Positions 1-13,463 of a stretch of DNA of 64,000 bases are shown in pieces. The stretch comes from Eledone cirrhosa (Eukaryota): assembly GCA_964016885.1 (NCBI GenBank), contig OZ024740.1, forward strand, positions 105,710,001 to 105,774,000. Direction: 5' to 3'. The position numbers and the translations under genes are program-made. Position 1 is the first letter of the stretch; each line of letters opens with the position of its first letter. The notes under the pieces are model-generated. The model saw nothing but the letters and a program-made list of their open reading frames with translations, had not been told where the DNA came from and made no database searches.

Positions 1-1457
1 CCACTATTGTACTTATCCACACATTTCCCACATACAAGTGTGGTTTCAGAGCCCAGATTGGCCTCACCTGTCACCTACCCTCCCAAACACATAGCCAAAG
101 ATACAGCACTCAATATTGAAGCCGTGATCTTTGACTCCGAAAGACAAACAATATATTTGAAAATACTCAAGCTTTTAGACGTTATGAAGTTTGTTTAGTG
201 CAAAGTTGTTATTCTGGGATTTCGTCTACGCGTATCTTTGACCGCTACATTTATTTTAAAAGATTCATAGTCCGACCAGTATTCAAGCTGGGCTCATCTA
301 TTTTTGCTTCTGGCATGTTATATACAAGACTGCATTATCCTCTATATTGCCCATTTTTTAAGACGTTATGGAGAATCATGAAGGGGATTTAGCTTTTAAT
401 GTTAACAGGTCGAAGCTATATCAATTAATGGACGGGAGTAATTACTTATATTCTTTTCTTCACAGATGTATATCTTTGCACTGACAATGATAGAAAGCAA
501 TATATTTCTTAATTATAGTATATACGGTGATATAAACATTTTTATATGTAGAGGAAAGGAAAGATTCTGAGTAAGAGAGTGTTTGCGTGATTGCGAGAGA
601 GAAACGGAAAGATATAGTGGAGGAGTGATAAAGATGGCGGTATATTGATAGGTGAATGAATAGGATGACATATACGTGGATAAGGTGACTGATAGATTGT
701 TTCATGCATAGTAAATTTAAGCCAAATATATATCGATATACATATGAATCTATATAGATGTATAGATCACTGGTGAGATTGACACGGTAAGAAAATGTGG
801 AAATGTAGAGATATAAATCAGAGAAAAATTGTGGAACTATTAAATTGTTGAGTGAAATGCATGCGAATGGAATAAGTTTCAACAAAAGAATAAACAAAAC
901 AAAAATAGAATAGGAAAAATAGGTATAAAAACAAAACCAGACACACACCGTAAAAACAGGAAAAACATAATAAAGAAAGTCATAGAAACTATATTGTATT
1001 GGTTTATGAGATGGTGAGGGAAGATGGGATGGAAATAACGTGTGTTGTAAATAAGATTGGTGGAATAATGAAGAAAACAAAACTAAGAAAGTAATGTGAA
1101 ATGGTTAGAAAATTAAAGAAATTATTTGTTGATGAAACAAAATGACTTTTCTGCTTTCAATAATATTTTTGTTTGTTTTTTTGAACGAACATCGTTCAAA
1201 ATGAAGTGCATGTAGTTCATATTAGCGATTTCATAGAGATTGATCTGAGATACAGCTATAATATAAAATAGCGTTAACGATCATATGTTTACTTTTTTTA
1301 AAATTCAGTTAAACTTAAATTACGTTTTTCACATGTCGAGAAAATCTATATTGCTCGTTTAGGTTAGAGGGTTAATACCGCTCACGTGTGAAATGAACTT
1401 GATAATCTAACAGATGCAACAAAGGAAACCTGTTTTAACAAAACGTAATATACGGTG

Positions 1458-1785
1458 TGATGATGGAGTCTCCGTCGGTTTTGGCGATGATTATTGAATT
1501 GTTCCATCAACTGGATATCTTTAAATTAACGTATAAATGGTGGCTGATTATTCCATTGGCATGTGCACCTATAACGTAATTACTTAAGTTGAATCAACGT
1601 GATACAATATGTGACAAGCGTGAACCTTTCAATTATAGATAAAATCCATCTGACGGGCTTCTGGACTGTTTCCATCTACCCAGTTTTACCCACAAGGCTT
1701 GGACTGGACTAAAACTGTTGCAAAACACTTGCTCCAGGTGGCACTCAGTGAAATAAAACCTGAGATTTCACTACGCCATGCCTGC
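1458..1785 (-). mobile_element. Degenerate tRNA-derived SINE (octopus-type)
   Basis: The reverse strand reads aggcatggcgtagtg...ttcactgagtgccacctggagcaagtgtttt (tRNA-like head). The body resembles cephalopod SINE consensus recalled from memory and is diverged. Confidence 0.55.
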
Positions 1786-1827
1786 GTCCACAGTCTATGT
1801 ATAGTTAGTTTAAAGAAAGGTCTAGAG

Positions 1828-3366
1828 TAAAGGTTCTCAACGGGGGGCATATGCACCCCCCGGGGGGGCGTTTCGGAACTCCAGGGGGCGTTTGGGAGCA
1901 AGGTCGCGTTAGGGGGGCGTTTGGAGCTGGGGGAGGGGGGTTAGGGGGCGCTGGAAAGCTCTTTATTTTTGTTTTATAAGCCATATTTGTATGTCTTTGA
2001 GACAGCCAGTGTGAATGCATTTGAATGAGCTTGCAGACAGCATAACTATAGTCTGACCGCAGCTGTGAGCAGGTGTGCAGGCATGTCCGGTAATTGAGAC
2101 GTTAACCGGTAATTGAGATCCTAAAAATGGAAAAACCCACAGTCAGCTGAGTCAAAGACACTTTGAGCGCAGCCAGTTAGAATCTTATCTTTCCTTCACC
2201 GATAACAATGTATTTCATGTCTGAAATTATTAACTTAACCGCAACGAGTTAACACTATGTAGATCTATTTTATTCCCTATTGTATAAATAATATTACAAA
2301 TAAAAAAAAGAAAAGAAAAAACAGTAGCACACACATCTAGGACCACATACAACACATAATCAGATAATACACACATCTAGGACCACATACAACACATAAT
2401 CAGATAATACACATCTAGGACCACATACAACACATAATCAAATAATACACACATCTAGGACCACATACAACACATAATCAGATAATACACACATCTAGGA
2501 GCACATACAACACATAATCAGATAATACACATATCTAGGACAACATACAACACATAATCAGATAATACACACATCTAGGACCACATACAACACATAATCA
2601 GATAATACACACATCTAAGACGACATACAACACATAATCAGATAATACACACATCTAGGACCACATACAACACATAATCAGATAATACACACATCTAGGA
2701 CCACATACAACACATAAGCAGATAATACACACATCTAGGACGACATACAACACATAATCAGATAATACACACATCTAGGACGACATACAACACATAAGCA
2801 GATAATACACACATCTAAGACGACATACAACACATAATCAGATAATACACACATCTAGGACCACATACAACACATAAGCAGATAATACACACATCTAGGA
2901 CGACATACAACACATAATCAGATAATACACACATCTAGGACCACATACAACACATAAGCAGATAATACACACATCTAGGACGACATACAACACATAATCA
3001 GATAATACACACATCTAGGACGACATACAACACATAAGCAGATAATACACACATCTAAGACGACATACAACACATAATCAGATAATACACACATCTAGGA
3101 CCACATACAACACATAAGCAGATAATACACACATCTAGGACGACATACAACACATAATCAGATAATACACACATCTAGGACCACATACAACACATAAGCA
3201 GATAATACACACATTTTTGGAATATTGTTAATCAATTTTTTAGTAATCTACTGATATAAAAATCAGTAGTATATTGAAAAATGGAAAAATAGGGTAGGGG
3301 TGGGGGCGTTTCGTGATTTTGAGGGACAAAAGGGGGCGTTTGGCCTAAATGGGTTGAGAACCTGTG
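1828..3366. mobile_element. Non-autonomous hAT (Charlie/Buster-type) DNA transposon
   Basis: Perfect 8-bp TSD gtctagag at 1820-1827 and 3367-3374, matching NTCTAGAN. TIRs of 14 bp (taaaggttctcaac / gttgagaacctgtg, 2 mismatches). Subterminal gggggcgttt repeats at both ends. Confidence 0.9.
2328..3214. repeat. 40-bp minisatellite, about 22 copies, inside the hAT element
   Basis: Unit acacacatctaggaccacatacaacacataatcagataat repeated in tandem with point variants. Confidence 0.97.
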
Positions 3367-3961
3367 GTCTAGAGGGACAGAAACCGACAGAGATCCATTC
3401 CTTTCATTCCCTAACTGGGTGTGATAGGGAAATGAAAATTCAAGACTGGTAGAGTAGAAAGAAAGACGGGGAGACTGAAAGAAAGAACGAGAGAAAGAAG
3501 CAGGATGAGAAAAAGATGATCATGCACAATAATAACTTATATTCTATAGGTTTTACTGTTTAGTTAGGAATGGAAGAGCTGTACCCATGGCGTATTCCAG
3601 GAACTCCAAGATTAATAAAAGTTGGGTAGGAAGTTATTCTTTAACTGAAGATCTGGTTCAAATGCTTGCGTCACAGCGGCTTCTGCTAAAGACACACTAA
3701 AGAACAGGTGCTGATATTAAACTTTGCAACGGATTAATTATACTTTACAAGAAAACCACAGGAGGATTGATCTCAAAGTGCAATGAGCCGGAACAAATGC
3801 CCCAAGACATCTTGTCCGATCTCTAAGTCCCACAGAGTAACTAATTTTCTGAAAGGATGAAAGGCAAAGTTGATCTTGATAAGATTTGAAGTCAAAGCGC
3901 AGAGAGCCGGAGGAAATTTCACAAATTATTTTGTCTTGTGTTCCTAAATATTGGTTTGTCA

Positions 3962-4095
3962 TGTAGGCACAAGGCCAGTAATTTGAAGGGAAAGGGAAAG
4001 TCCATTAAATCGACCCCAGTGCGCTACTGGTACTTTACTTTATGGACGACACCGTAAGGATGAAAGATAGACCTAACTTTGGCAGGATTTGACCT
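3962..4095 (-). mobile_element. SINE fragment related to 20505-20690
   Basis: ggcacaaggcc...atcgaccccagt...ctggtactt...aaggatgaaa is a diverged reverse complement of the SINE body and tail. Confidence 0.6.
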
Positions 4096-4175
4096 CATTA
4101 TCATCACCACCACCAATACACCACCACCACCCTCCTCCTCCTACTCATCATCATCATCATCATTATGATCATCAT

Positions 4176-4370
4176 CTTCTTCTTCTTCTTCTTCTTCTTC
4201 TTCTTCTTCTTCTTCTTCTTCTTCTTCTTCTTCTTCTTCTTCGCCCACATGCTTCTGAGAGGGTCAAACACTCGTTGCAACGGGTCCTGTCAGAAGCAGC
4301 CATCCCTAACCCTGGAAAAACTCTCCCTTTCTCTCATTTAAACATGGCAGAACTCATCCCTCTCCAGGTT
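4176..4370 (-). mobile_element. 3' end of an RTE-like LINE with (AAG)n tail
   Basis: The minus strand translates ...MAASDRTRCNECL..., resembling the RTE C-terminal 'A.DR..WR' motif, and runs directly into (AAG)n, seen as (CTT)n at 4176-4241. Confidence 0.5.
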
Positions 4371-4399
4371 TGAACAGAGAAAAACAAATGAGAGAGAGA

Positions 4400-4433
<34 letters not shown>

Positions 4434-5302
4434 GAGAAAGAAAGAAAGAGAGAGAGAGATGTGAGAAAGAAAGAGAGGGGATGAGTGAGATAGAGAAGTG
4501 AGAAAGAAAGAGAGAAGGAGAGTGAGCGCGAGAACTGAGAAAGGCGGAGGAAGAATCAGTATTGGTCTGGTATCTTATCTATCGATCTCGAAAGAATGAA
4601 CACACACTGAGAGTGGGAAAGAATAAGAATACCGCAAAGCAGCCTATTCCACGTTCTGTCTAACCATATAATCTCTGTGGTTACAAGGATTATCACATCT
4701 CACATCAGGATTGCAGTCCCTAGCTAATATAATTTAGCTCTTTTACGGCGATAATGCACATCTTAGATGTCTTGAGTCTCTCGTTAAGACTAAACATTAT
4801 TTCTTTCAATCATAATTTTCCCAAATCAGTATATTTATGGAATTAAGCCATCTTAACAGGCCTAGCAAATAATCTCACAAGATATCTCACAAGATCCGCT
4901 CACTTATTAAATCACTTTAATAAATAGATAAAGTAGTTTATTGTAAAGACGAGGTGAGAGAAGGAGAGGGGGGTGGAGGGGAGAAAGAGAAAGTGAGAGA
5001 GATAAAAGGAACAGGAGGAGAGAGAGATAAAAAGAGAGAGAGAATAGAGAAAGAGAGCAAGGGAATGAGAGAGATGTGGGTGAGGGGCATATTGAAATAG
5101 ATTTGCGAGTAATTTATAAATTCCTCCCATGCGTTAATGTAGTGGATTTTATTTAAACAAAAATAACACCTACAAAAGCTCGTCATCAACATCACCCCAT
5201 CACTAACATCAGCAACAACAACAGCATCCCCATTACAACCATCATGATCATTATGATCAGCATCAACAAAACCACCACCATCACCACCACCACCATCACC
5301 AC

Positions 5303-5346
<44 letters not shown>

Positions 5347-6295
5347 ACAACAAGAAGCAATGCATAGATTATGCAATGAATGTAGAAACATTTTTTTTTT
5401 TTAACTACAATTTCCTTTATGAGAAAACTGCAGTGTATACGGGACACGAACCATTGGCTATTCAGCAGACCGACTAACTTCTATCAACTCGACCAGCTTA
5501 GAAGACCATCGTTCTTCGAAAGACACTACAGAGTTGAATTTTCTCTTTACCTTTCATCTGTAATAGTAATGCTATATGTTTTCAGTTAAAGATTGCATAA
5601 AGTCGTTTATTTATTAGAATTAGAACATAAGATTATTTGACGTTCATGACTTTCTTTGCAGTAGTTAGCTATTTACAACTATATGAACTTGTTTATTTGA
5701 AAGATGAGCGTCTTAGTTAAGGATACAACGTAGCGTGATCGGATATAAATGGTAGGACACCATTCCGTACTCAGCCGGAAATTCGACGTCATTTATCGAC
5801 GCATTCAGCCACTGATTTCTCTTGCCAAGTTGGGCCTAAAATGCTTTTAAAACTAAGCCTCATTTTCTCTATCTTCTATTAGTTAGTTTGTCTCTCTTCC
5901 ACTGGACATAGAGATAGCTCGATATGATTATTGGTACTGTGAACATTTTTTAGTTGACTAACGAATAACAAAAGCAACTCACGTACAGCTGAGATATTTG
6001 CTTGTTAAAGTCACGAACTATCTTGTGAAACGCCGGAAAAAAAAAGCTCGGCGAGAATTCAAAGAGATGTGCAAAATTGTCATTTCCAGTCAGCCTATAA
6101 CATGAATGAAGGTAGTCAATAGTTTGTTTTTAACGAAAATATTATTTTCTTTGTCTAGTTCTTATTTTCTTCCTACGTTGTTTAATGCATCTGAAAATTT
6201 TGGACCGAAAGTAGATATTATGTCCTCTCTTTACAATTTCTTCGTTGTAATTTTTCCCGGTTTCTCACTCCTATTCTAGTTGCCACGATACATCA

Positions 6296-8452
6296 TTGAT
6301 TTTAGAATATACATTGTTGTTGACTCGTCGAGCTTCCAATGCCCTCGCAGCGTGGAGGTGCAGGAGCTTCCTCTTCCCTACGTCTTCCCAGCCACGGCCG
6401 TCTGGCACACCACCAGATGGGCCAGCGAGCTTGCCTGACGCCCGAGCCTCGCTGGTCAATATCACTCGGCTCAGGCGGCTCCGGAAGATTCCACTCAGGA
6501 TCCCGAGAGTGGCACGGGTGCCGGTAACCGATGCCCTTGCTTCCTCGATTGAGAGCGCCCTGGACTCCAATCGAGCCAGTGACTGCGAGCGGCTGTTCAA
6601 TTTCGCCTCACTCGCCCTCAGCCTCCCCAGCTCTGGCGCTGACCGGGGCGGACGGTCAAAAGCAGCCTTCGTCAAGACGTCTCGTTTCCAAGCGTGCCCA
6701 GGGACGCCACACACCCCACCCTCAGGTACCCCCTATCCTACACCCCCCGAGGCCAGCGCCAAGCGTTTGCGTGACCAGGTAAACGCCAAGCTTATCATGG
6801 GTGATGTCTCGGCCGCAGTCAGAGTTGTTACCTCAGAGGACACTGTCCTCTAACCCATCGAGGAGGTCCTGGTTGCTCTGCGGCTCAAACACCCTGAGCC
6901 ACCCACTGATCTTAGACCCATACACCCACCCGACCCTCACTTGCTCCTTGTGGCTACTGATGCAGACATCATGTCCGCCATCAGGTCCTTCCCAGCTAGC
7001 AGCTGCGGAGGTGTTGATGGTCTCCAACCAGGCCACCTCAAGGAGTTGACATCCTCCCTCCCCACTGAGGCCTGGTCTCCAATCCACCCGCTCGCCATCC
7101 ACTCCACCATCAGGTCCAGGCTTCAACTGCTCCAGACTCTCACGAGCCGACTGGGATTGATTGACGGCCACCCAGCTCTCTTTCAGCTGAGGAACTGCTT
7201 CGCCATGCCGGAGCTCCTCTATACACTCCGCAGCGCTCCATGCTACACCCAGACATCTCTCCTCGCTGACCTCGATACTTGTATCCGGGCAGCAGCCGAG
7301 GGGATATGCAACGTCAAGTTTGACGACATAGGGTGGCAACAGGCCTCTTTACCTGTCAGGTATGGCGGCCCTGGCCTCCGGTCCCCGAACTCACTAGCTT
7401 TTCCGGCGTATCTTTCGTCGGTAACCTCGTGCCGCGTCCTCGTCAGCAGGTTTCTTCAAAAAACAACAGAACCCTCTGTGTTCATAGAACGTGAGGCCGC
7501 CTGTGAGACGTGGGACCGACTGGGAATTAGCCCAGTAGACGTCCCTCCTCCTTCTCCCCCTGTTGACGTTAAGTCCCTCCAACGCACTTGGGATGCCCTC
7601 CAGTGCAGCCTGGCCTCAGACAGGCTCACGCGCCAGCTCGACCAGCACCGCCTTGCTTGTTTTCGTGCGGCCTCCAAACCCCACAGTGGTGCCTGGCTCC
7701 CTGCCCTGCCCTCCTTCTCCACTGGCACGCAGATGGATAACCATAGCCTGCGAATCGGCGTTTCCCTGAGACTCGACCTTCGGATCTGCTAGCCACACCA
7801 ATGTTGCTGCGGTTCCACCGTGGACTCTTGCGGCCTCCACCCTGTTTCCTGTCGCCACAGTGCCGGCCGCATTCCACGCCATGCTGCCCTCAACGAGGTC
7901 ATTAAGCATGGCTTTTAAGCTGCAGGCTTCTTATCGCAGCTCGAGCCGGTGGGGCTGGATCGAAGGGACGGCAAAAGGCCAGATGGCATGACCATCTTCC
8001 CGTTCCGCGGTGGCAAACCCCTCGTCTGGGATGCCACTTGCACCGACACTTTCTGCAGCCACAACCTGGTGCAGTCTCCGACTGACCCAGGTTCTGCTGC
8101 ACGTCGGGCTGAGGGGGCCAAACTCCTCAAATACCGCTCGCTCTCCGACAGGTTTGCGGTCGTTCCCTGGCAGTGGAGACTTGTGGTGTCCTCGGCCCCA
8201 GAGCTACCTCCTTACTCACCACTATAGGCGCTGAGCTGGCCAGCCGTAGGTGTGAGCCCCGCGAGTTGGAGTGGCTTTTCCAGCGCGTCTCCTTTGCCGT
8301 CCTCCGGCGAAACGCCTTCTCCATTCTGTCCGCCGGGGATGTGGGTGGGCCCCATTGCGTACCAATACATTAGTTAAATACCATTCTTTCATCTGATACA
8401 ACACAATAAGAATTATAGAACACTGTAAAAAAATAAATAAATAAAATAAAAT
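6296..8452 (+). mobile_element. CRE-clade RLE non-LTR retrotransposon, degenerate, RT core deleted
   Basis: Motifs IPRVARVPV, GGVDGLQPGHLK, WQQASLPVRYGGPGLR and SGAWL. Zinc knuckle [17 protein letters not shown]...RH. RLE motif DGKRPDGMTIFPFRGGKPLVWDATCTD and METCG...QRVSFAVLRRNA. A-rich tail at about 8428-8452. Stops and frameshifts present. Confidence 0.85.
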
Positions 8453-8762
8453 ATGTAGTAAATTCTCCTTCACTACATTGTAAAATACTCATAGATTCTC
8501 TGACGTCAGCATTACCTTTAGTGTCGTCGCTAACGATAACTGTCATCTGTAGTCGTACAGTTGATATAGGTGTTGTTAGCGAAAACTCGGAATCTTTCCC
8601 TTTTCCTTCTCTCTAATATCTTCGTTACCATCATCAAAAACTTGTCTCATAGGATCAGAAATAGTATAAAAACAACACTTTCTCTTCATATAATGTCAGC
8701 ATATCCTGTCAAAGAGTTTACTAATACCTGAGCACATATATTTATGTACAAATACATAACGT

Positions 8763-8975
8763 GATCCCGTAGCAGTGGAGACATTTGGTGTCCTTGACCC
8801 TAGGGACACCTCCCTTCTTACCACCATCATCATAAACCGCAGATGTGAGCCTCACAAGCTAGAATGGCTCTTCCAGCACGTCTCCACAATCCTCCGGGGA
8901 AACGTCTTCTCTATTCTGTCTGTCGGGGCCGCGGGGAGTCCAGTGCGTGGGCCCCTATTTGCTCATATTAATTAG
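8763..8975 (+). mobile_element. Second, diverged 3' fragment of the CRE-like element
   Basis: METFGVLDPRDTSLLTTI...LEWLFQHVS aligns with 8173-8373. Confidence 0.8.
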
Positions 8976-9856
8976 AGATGGGGAGAGCGGGAGAGGCGGA
9001 AGTAGTGACAGGGGGAGTTTGGTTCCTTTGTGTTCGGACCTGGTGTATATGTATGTTTCACGGACACACGATCGCCCCTTCCCCTTCTATCTGTCTCTCA
9101 TTTTCTCTTAATACTTTTCCTTCCTTCGTACAATAAACTATTTTAATCTATTTGAGCCTCATAAACATTTCTGAGAATAAATCACATTTTAAAAGTTTGT
9201 TTAATCGATTATCTCCCCTTAGCGCTGTGAAGGAATAAACAAGTCATCCCCTATATCAGAAATGACTCAAAGTTTTATTTATTCATAGATTTGAATTTAG
9301 AAATAACAGTCAAATTTCTCTCAATTTATAAATAATTGTTCTAAAAAAGAATTTAAAAATATCAAGTAAAGGACGCATTGAATGATGTCATCCCTGTACT
9401 CCTAAACAGGTGTGATGGCCATGGTTGGAAAACTTCTTATCATAGGTCTGTCTGTTTGATGAGGCTTGGCTAAGGTTAAAGAAAAGAAGAAGAGTAGTGA
9501 CTATATCATCAAAAGCCACAATAACAATGGCATGAACAGCAACAGCAGCGACAACACTAGAATGGACAGCAACAGCATCAGTAAGAAACTTAGCAACAGA
9601 AAAAAGAAAACCACAACAACAATACAAAGATTAAATTATTTCCAACACCTGCTGCCACACTAACAAATCGTTTCTCAATTAAGGAAGACTGCAGTGATGC
9701 ATGTTAGCTATTCTATAGCAATAATGACGTCATGGCTGTTCAACCACGCTTACAGCTAGAATACAAGCAGTAGATGTCGTTTAAATCTTTTGGCCATTAT
9801 TTCTTAATATTTCTCTCTATCCATTGTTAACAAATATAGTCATATATATATATATT

Positions 9857-11349
9857 CTAGGGCGGGTAAAATTCCCGAGATCCACGGATGAGTTCATCCA
9901 CGGTCTCTGTCCCTCATTATCGCTGCCATGTCCTGCGCCTCCAACAGACCAGTGTCTGTCCTTAGGGCATCAACATACGTTAACCTTGGTCTTCCTCTTC
10001 CAGTGTGTCCATCTAGGGGTTCCCACAGGAGCACTGAGTGCAATGTCAACTCTGGATGTCGGTGAGCATGTCCTGCTAACCTCAGTCTCCTCTGTCACTT
10101 TTGAGCTGACTTTTGGGAGGCTCACATACAGCTCTGAGTTTTTCACCCTCAGTGTATACTGATTAATGTTCAGAGCCATCCTCAGCATTCTCGTGTAGCA
10201 CCCATCCACCATCTGAGTGAGTATCTTGGTCAGTGTCCAAGTCTTAGACCCGTACAGCAGCACAGACTCCACTAAGCTGTGGCACGCCGCCCAGGCTTTG
10301 CTCTTCCTCTCAACCACATCATCTTCTGTATTCCCAATCTTTGCTCCCAAATACAGGAAGTCCTCAACCAATTCCAACGGCTTCCCTACATTAGTAATCC
10401 CGTCTGGCTTCTCAACATTCTCTACCAGATATTTTGTTTTAGTCTCATTCATTCTCAGCCCCACACTCATCGACACAGTCTCAACCTCCTGCATCAAATC
10501 CTCTGCCTCCTTCACTGTATTTGTCACCAAAACTATGTCGTCGGCAAATTCAGCATCCGATACCTTTTTCGCCCTAACTCTCCTGCTCTGAGCCGGTGCT
10601 ACAGTAAAGCCAGAGTCCTGGTGTTTCTCCAGTGCAAGGCGCATACAATAGTCCACTACGATGATAAGGAGCCAATGTATCTCCCTGGAGCACTCCAGCC
10701 AGTATCTCAAAGAACTCTGTCATCCCATCAGGTGTAATGACTTGGGCTTTGGTGTTGGTGTAGAGCAGTGATATCAGGTCCACTATCTTCTTGGGGATTC
10801 CATAAACCTGTAAGATCTTCATCGGGCAGTTAACGGTCCACAGAATCAAAGGCCTTCCTAAAGTCAATGAAAACCATGACCGCAGGAAGGCACTTTGCTC
10901 TAGCTCCCTCTAATATCCTCCCCAGCATCAAAATGTGACTGGTGGTTGATCTTCCCTCTCTGAATCCGTTCTGGTTGTCCCTGAGCTTCTTCTCCATCTC
11001 AGGCTGGATCCTGTTAAGAATCATCCTGTTGAGGGTCTTTGCCACAAGTGACGTCAGTGAGATCCCCCTGTAGTTGTTGGTGTTAGAGAGATCTCTCTTA
11101 TTTGGCACTGGGACGATGTTACTGATCCTCCACTGATTCGGGGCAACTCCTTTCTCCAGTGCCTGGTTACAGAACCTCAGGATGATATCATCAAAATCAC
11201 ACCTCTTCATCACCTCTGATGACACTCCATCTTCTCCATGAGCCTTGCACTCCTTGATCCTCTTCTTGGCTCTCTGAAGTTACTCTCTGTTGAAGGGCTC
11301 TGTCTCAATATCCAGTTCCTCAAACAGCCGCCTGATCTCCCCAGTGCTT
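9857..11349 (-). mobile_element. 5'-truncated RTE-like LINE (RT pseudogene) ending at (TA)n
   Basis: NYRGISLTS, NQNGFREGRST, FIDFRKAFDSV, GVLQGDTLAP, FADD and FLYLG across frameshifted ORFs 10830-11225, 10574-10867 and 9970-10710. Confidence 0.9.
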
Positions 11350-11653
11350 TTCTTACCTCACTTTGTTATATATATATATATAAATGGAAAAAAATGAAAC
11401 GAAATTTCATTTCTCACTCTTAGTACGGCTGTTAGTTAAATATAAGTATGTATACGTACATACATATATGTATACAAACGTACAGTAGTATGTATATATA
11501 TATACATACATGCACACATATATATATATATGTACGTATGGGTTTACCGAACATTTATTATAATGTTCGGTTTGTTTGTAAACAAGCAGCCCGAATTAAG
11601 CCGTACAGTGTTTACCAACCATCGTTGCCCTTTTGTTCAACACTGACAAAGGA

Positions 11654-11696
11654 ACGATGTACTAGTTTCAAGCTTATTAGCTATCGTCAGCATCGT
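11654..11696 (-). ncRNA. Type I hammerhead ribozyme (minimal)
   Basis: Minus strand: acgatg CTGACGA t-agct-aata-agct-t GAA actagt A catcgt. Stem I acgatg/catcgt, palindromic stem III, GUA triplet. Confidence 0.8.
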
Positions 11697-11970
11697 ATAC
11701 CTTCCTGCCAGATGATTGAACGTCTGAAAGTATATACTTTCTTTATGCATATTAACGGCTGAGCAGCTTAATTTGCATATCGAGTGAGTTAGTCGGCTGG
11801 GCGCACCGAAAACGATAAATGGAAAAAATGAAACGAAATTTCATTTCTCACTCCTAGTACGGCTGTTACTTAAATATAAGTATGTATAGGTACATACATA
11901 TATGTATACAGACGTACAGTAGTATGTACATATGTACATATATATACATATATATACATATATATATATG

Positions 11971-12020
<50 letters not shown>

Positions 12021-12192
12021 TATAGATAGGTAAATATACACGGGTGTGTATGATTGTGCATAGAATATTATATTAATAAGAGGAATTCCAACTTTGTCTG
12101 ATTTACTCGATTTATTTACAATCCTTTAAAATATATATAATATGGTATTATAATGAAATAGTATGATAGAATATTAAATTCTAAGTGTTAAT

Positions 12193-12231
12193 TGAACAAG
12201 TACTTTCATGCTTTCGCAATCTTCAGGTTCA
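12193..12231 (-). ncRNA. Type I hammerhead ribozyme (minimal, different family)
   Basis: Minus strand: tgaac CTGAAGA t-tgc-gaaa-gca-t GAA agtact T gttca. CUU triplet. Confidence 0.7.
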
Positions 12232-12417
12232 TGATATATGGTGACAGTCGAGTTTGCAATTTTCATATACGTACATATATATATATATATATATGTACGT
12301 ATGGGTTTACCGAACATTTATTATAATGCTAGATATGCAAATGAGGCTGCTGAGCCGTTAATATGCATAAGGAAAGTATATACTTTCAGACGTTCAGTCA
12401 TCTGGCAGGAAAATATT

Positions 12418-12458
12418 CGATGCTGACGATAGCTAATAAGTTTGAAACTAGTACATCG
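12418..12458 (+). ncRNA. Type I hammerhead ribozyme (inverted copy of 11654-11696)
   Basis: cgatg CTGACGA tagctaataagttt GAA actagt A catcg. Confidence 0.75.
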
Positions 12459-12687
12459 TTCCTTTGTCAGTGTTGAACAAAGGGGCAACGATGGTTACTA
12501 AACACTGTACGGCTTAATTCAGGCTGTTTGTTTACAAACAAACCGAGCATTATAATAAATGTTCGGTAAACCCATACGTCCATATATATATATGTGTGCA
12601 TGTATGTATATATATACATACTACTGTACGACTGTATACATATATGTATGTACGTATACATACTTATATATATATATATATATATAA

Positions 12688-12761
<74 letters not shown>

Positions 12762-13183
12762 GTAATAGGTAGGTTAAAATATTCAAGGTTTAGAGCATCT
12801 CAAGTCTGTACAGCGAGTTTGAATATAAGTATTAAGGCCAGTTACTACAACTGCGCCATACCAGGTACGTACGTTTTCGTTAGCCCTGAGGACCAACATG
12901 TTCAACCTGTGCCGGTTCGCACTCACACAAATATATATATATGTATGTATATATACGCGCACACATCCATATGCATATATATCTATGTATAATATGTATA
13001 ATTTGTATATATATAAATGTATAATTTCTTCCTGATATGCTGGTAGACTAACGAACTGGACAGATCGATGACCACCAGCCCTTCCAATTTCATCTTACTT
13101 CATATACATGTTATTGTATATTTTAATTGTTTAAAAATAATTTTTATGTGGACATGATTTTTAAAAAAATATTTTTAAGTGAA

Positions 13184-13212
13184 CGTGACCCAACTGGTCA
13201 CGGGTGGTCTAG
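13184..13212 (+). mobile_element. Helitron 3' terminus
   Basis: Hairpin cgtgacc-caact-ggtcacg followed 6 nt later by CTAG|T. Confidence 0.6.
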
Positions 13213-13318
13213 TAATAAATAAAAACACGTTAGGTGCTTTTTTCTAAATCTTAATTATATATCTTCTTTATAACACGATTTGTACAGAAATCCTTAATCT
13301 TCCAGCATTTTGATTTTA

Positions 13319-13463
<145 letters not shown>

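Larger units (their letters stand above)
11381..12668. repeat. HHR-bearing ~435-bp partial tandem repeat plus inverted copy (Penelope pLTR/retrozyme-like)
   Basis: 11381-11815 is partly repeated from 11816. 12331-12668 is a diverged inverted copy of about 11440-11781. Confidence 0.8.

Noticed and set aside
200-460. Faint resemblance of the minus-strand translation (LLTLKAKSP.MILHNV) to a Helitron PIF1 helicase
   Set aside because: It needs a frameshift, contains stops and lacks downstream motifs; too weak to call.
460-1080. 206-aa ORF on the minus strand
   Set aside because: It arises from purine-rich low-complexity sequence and has no recognisable domain.
2328-3214. CRISPR-like regular repeat
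   Set aside because: Contiguous 40-bp units with no unique spacers, no cas genes and a eukaryotic context: a minisatellite.
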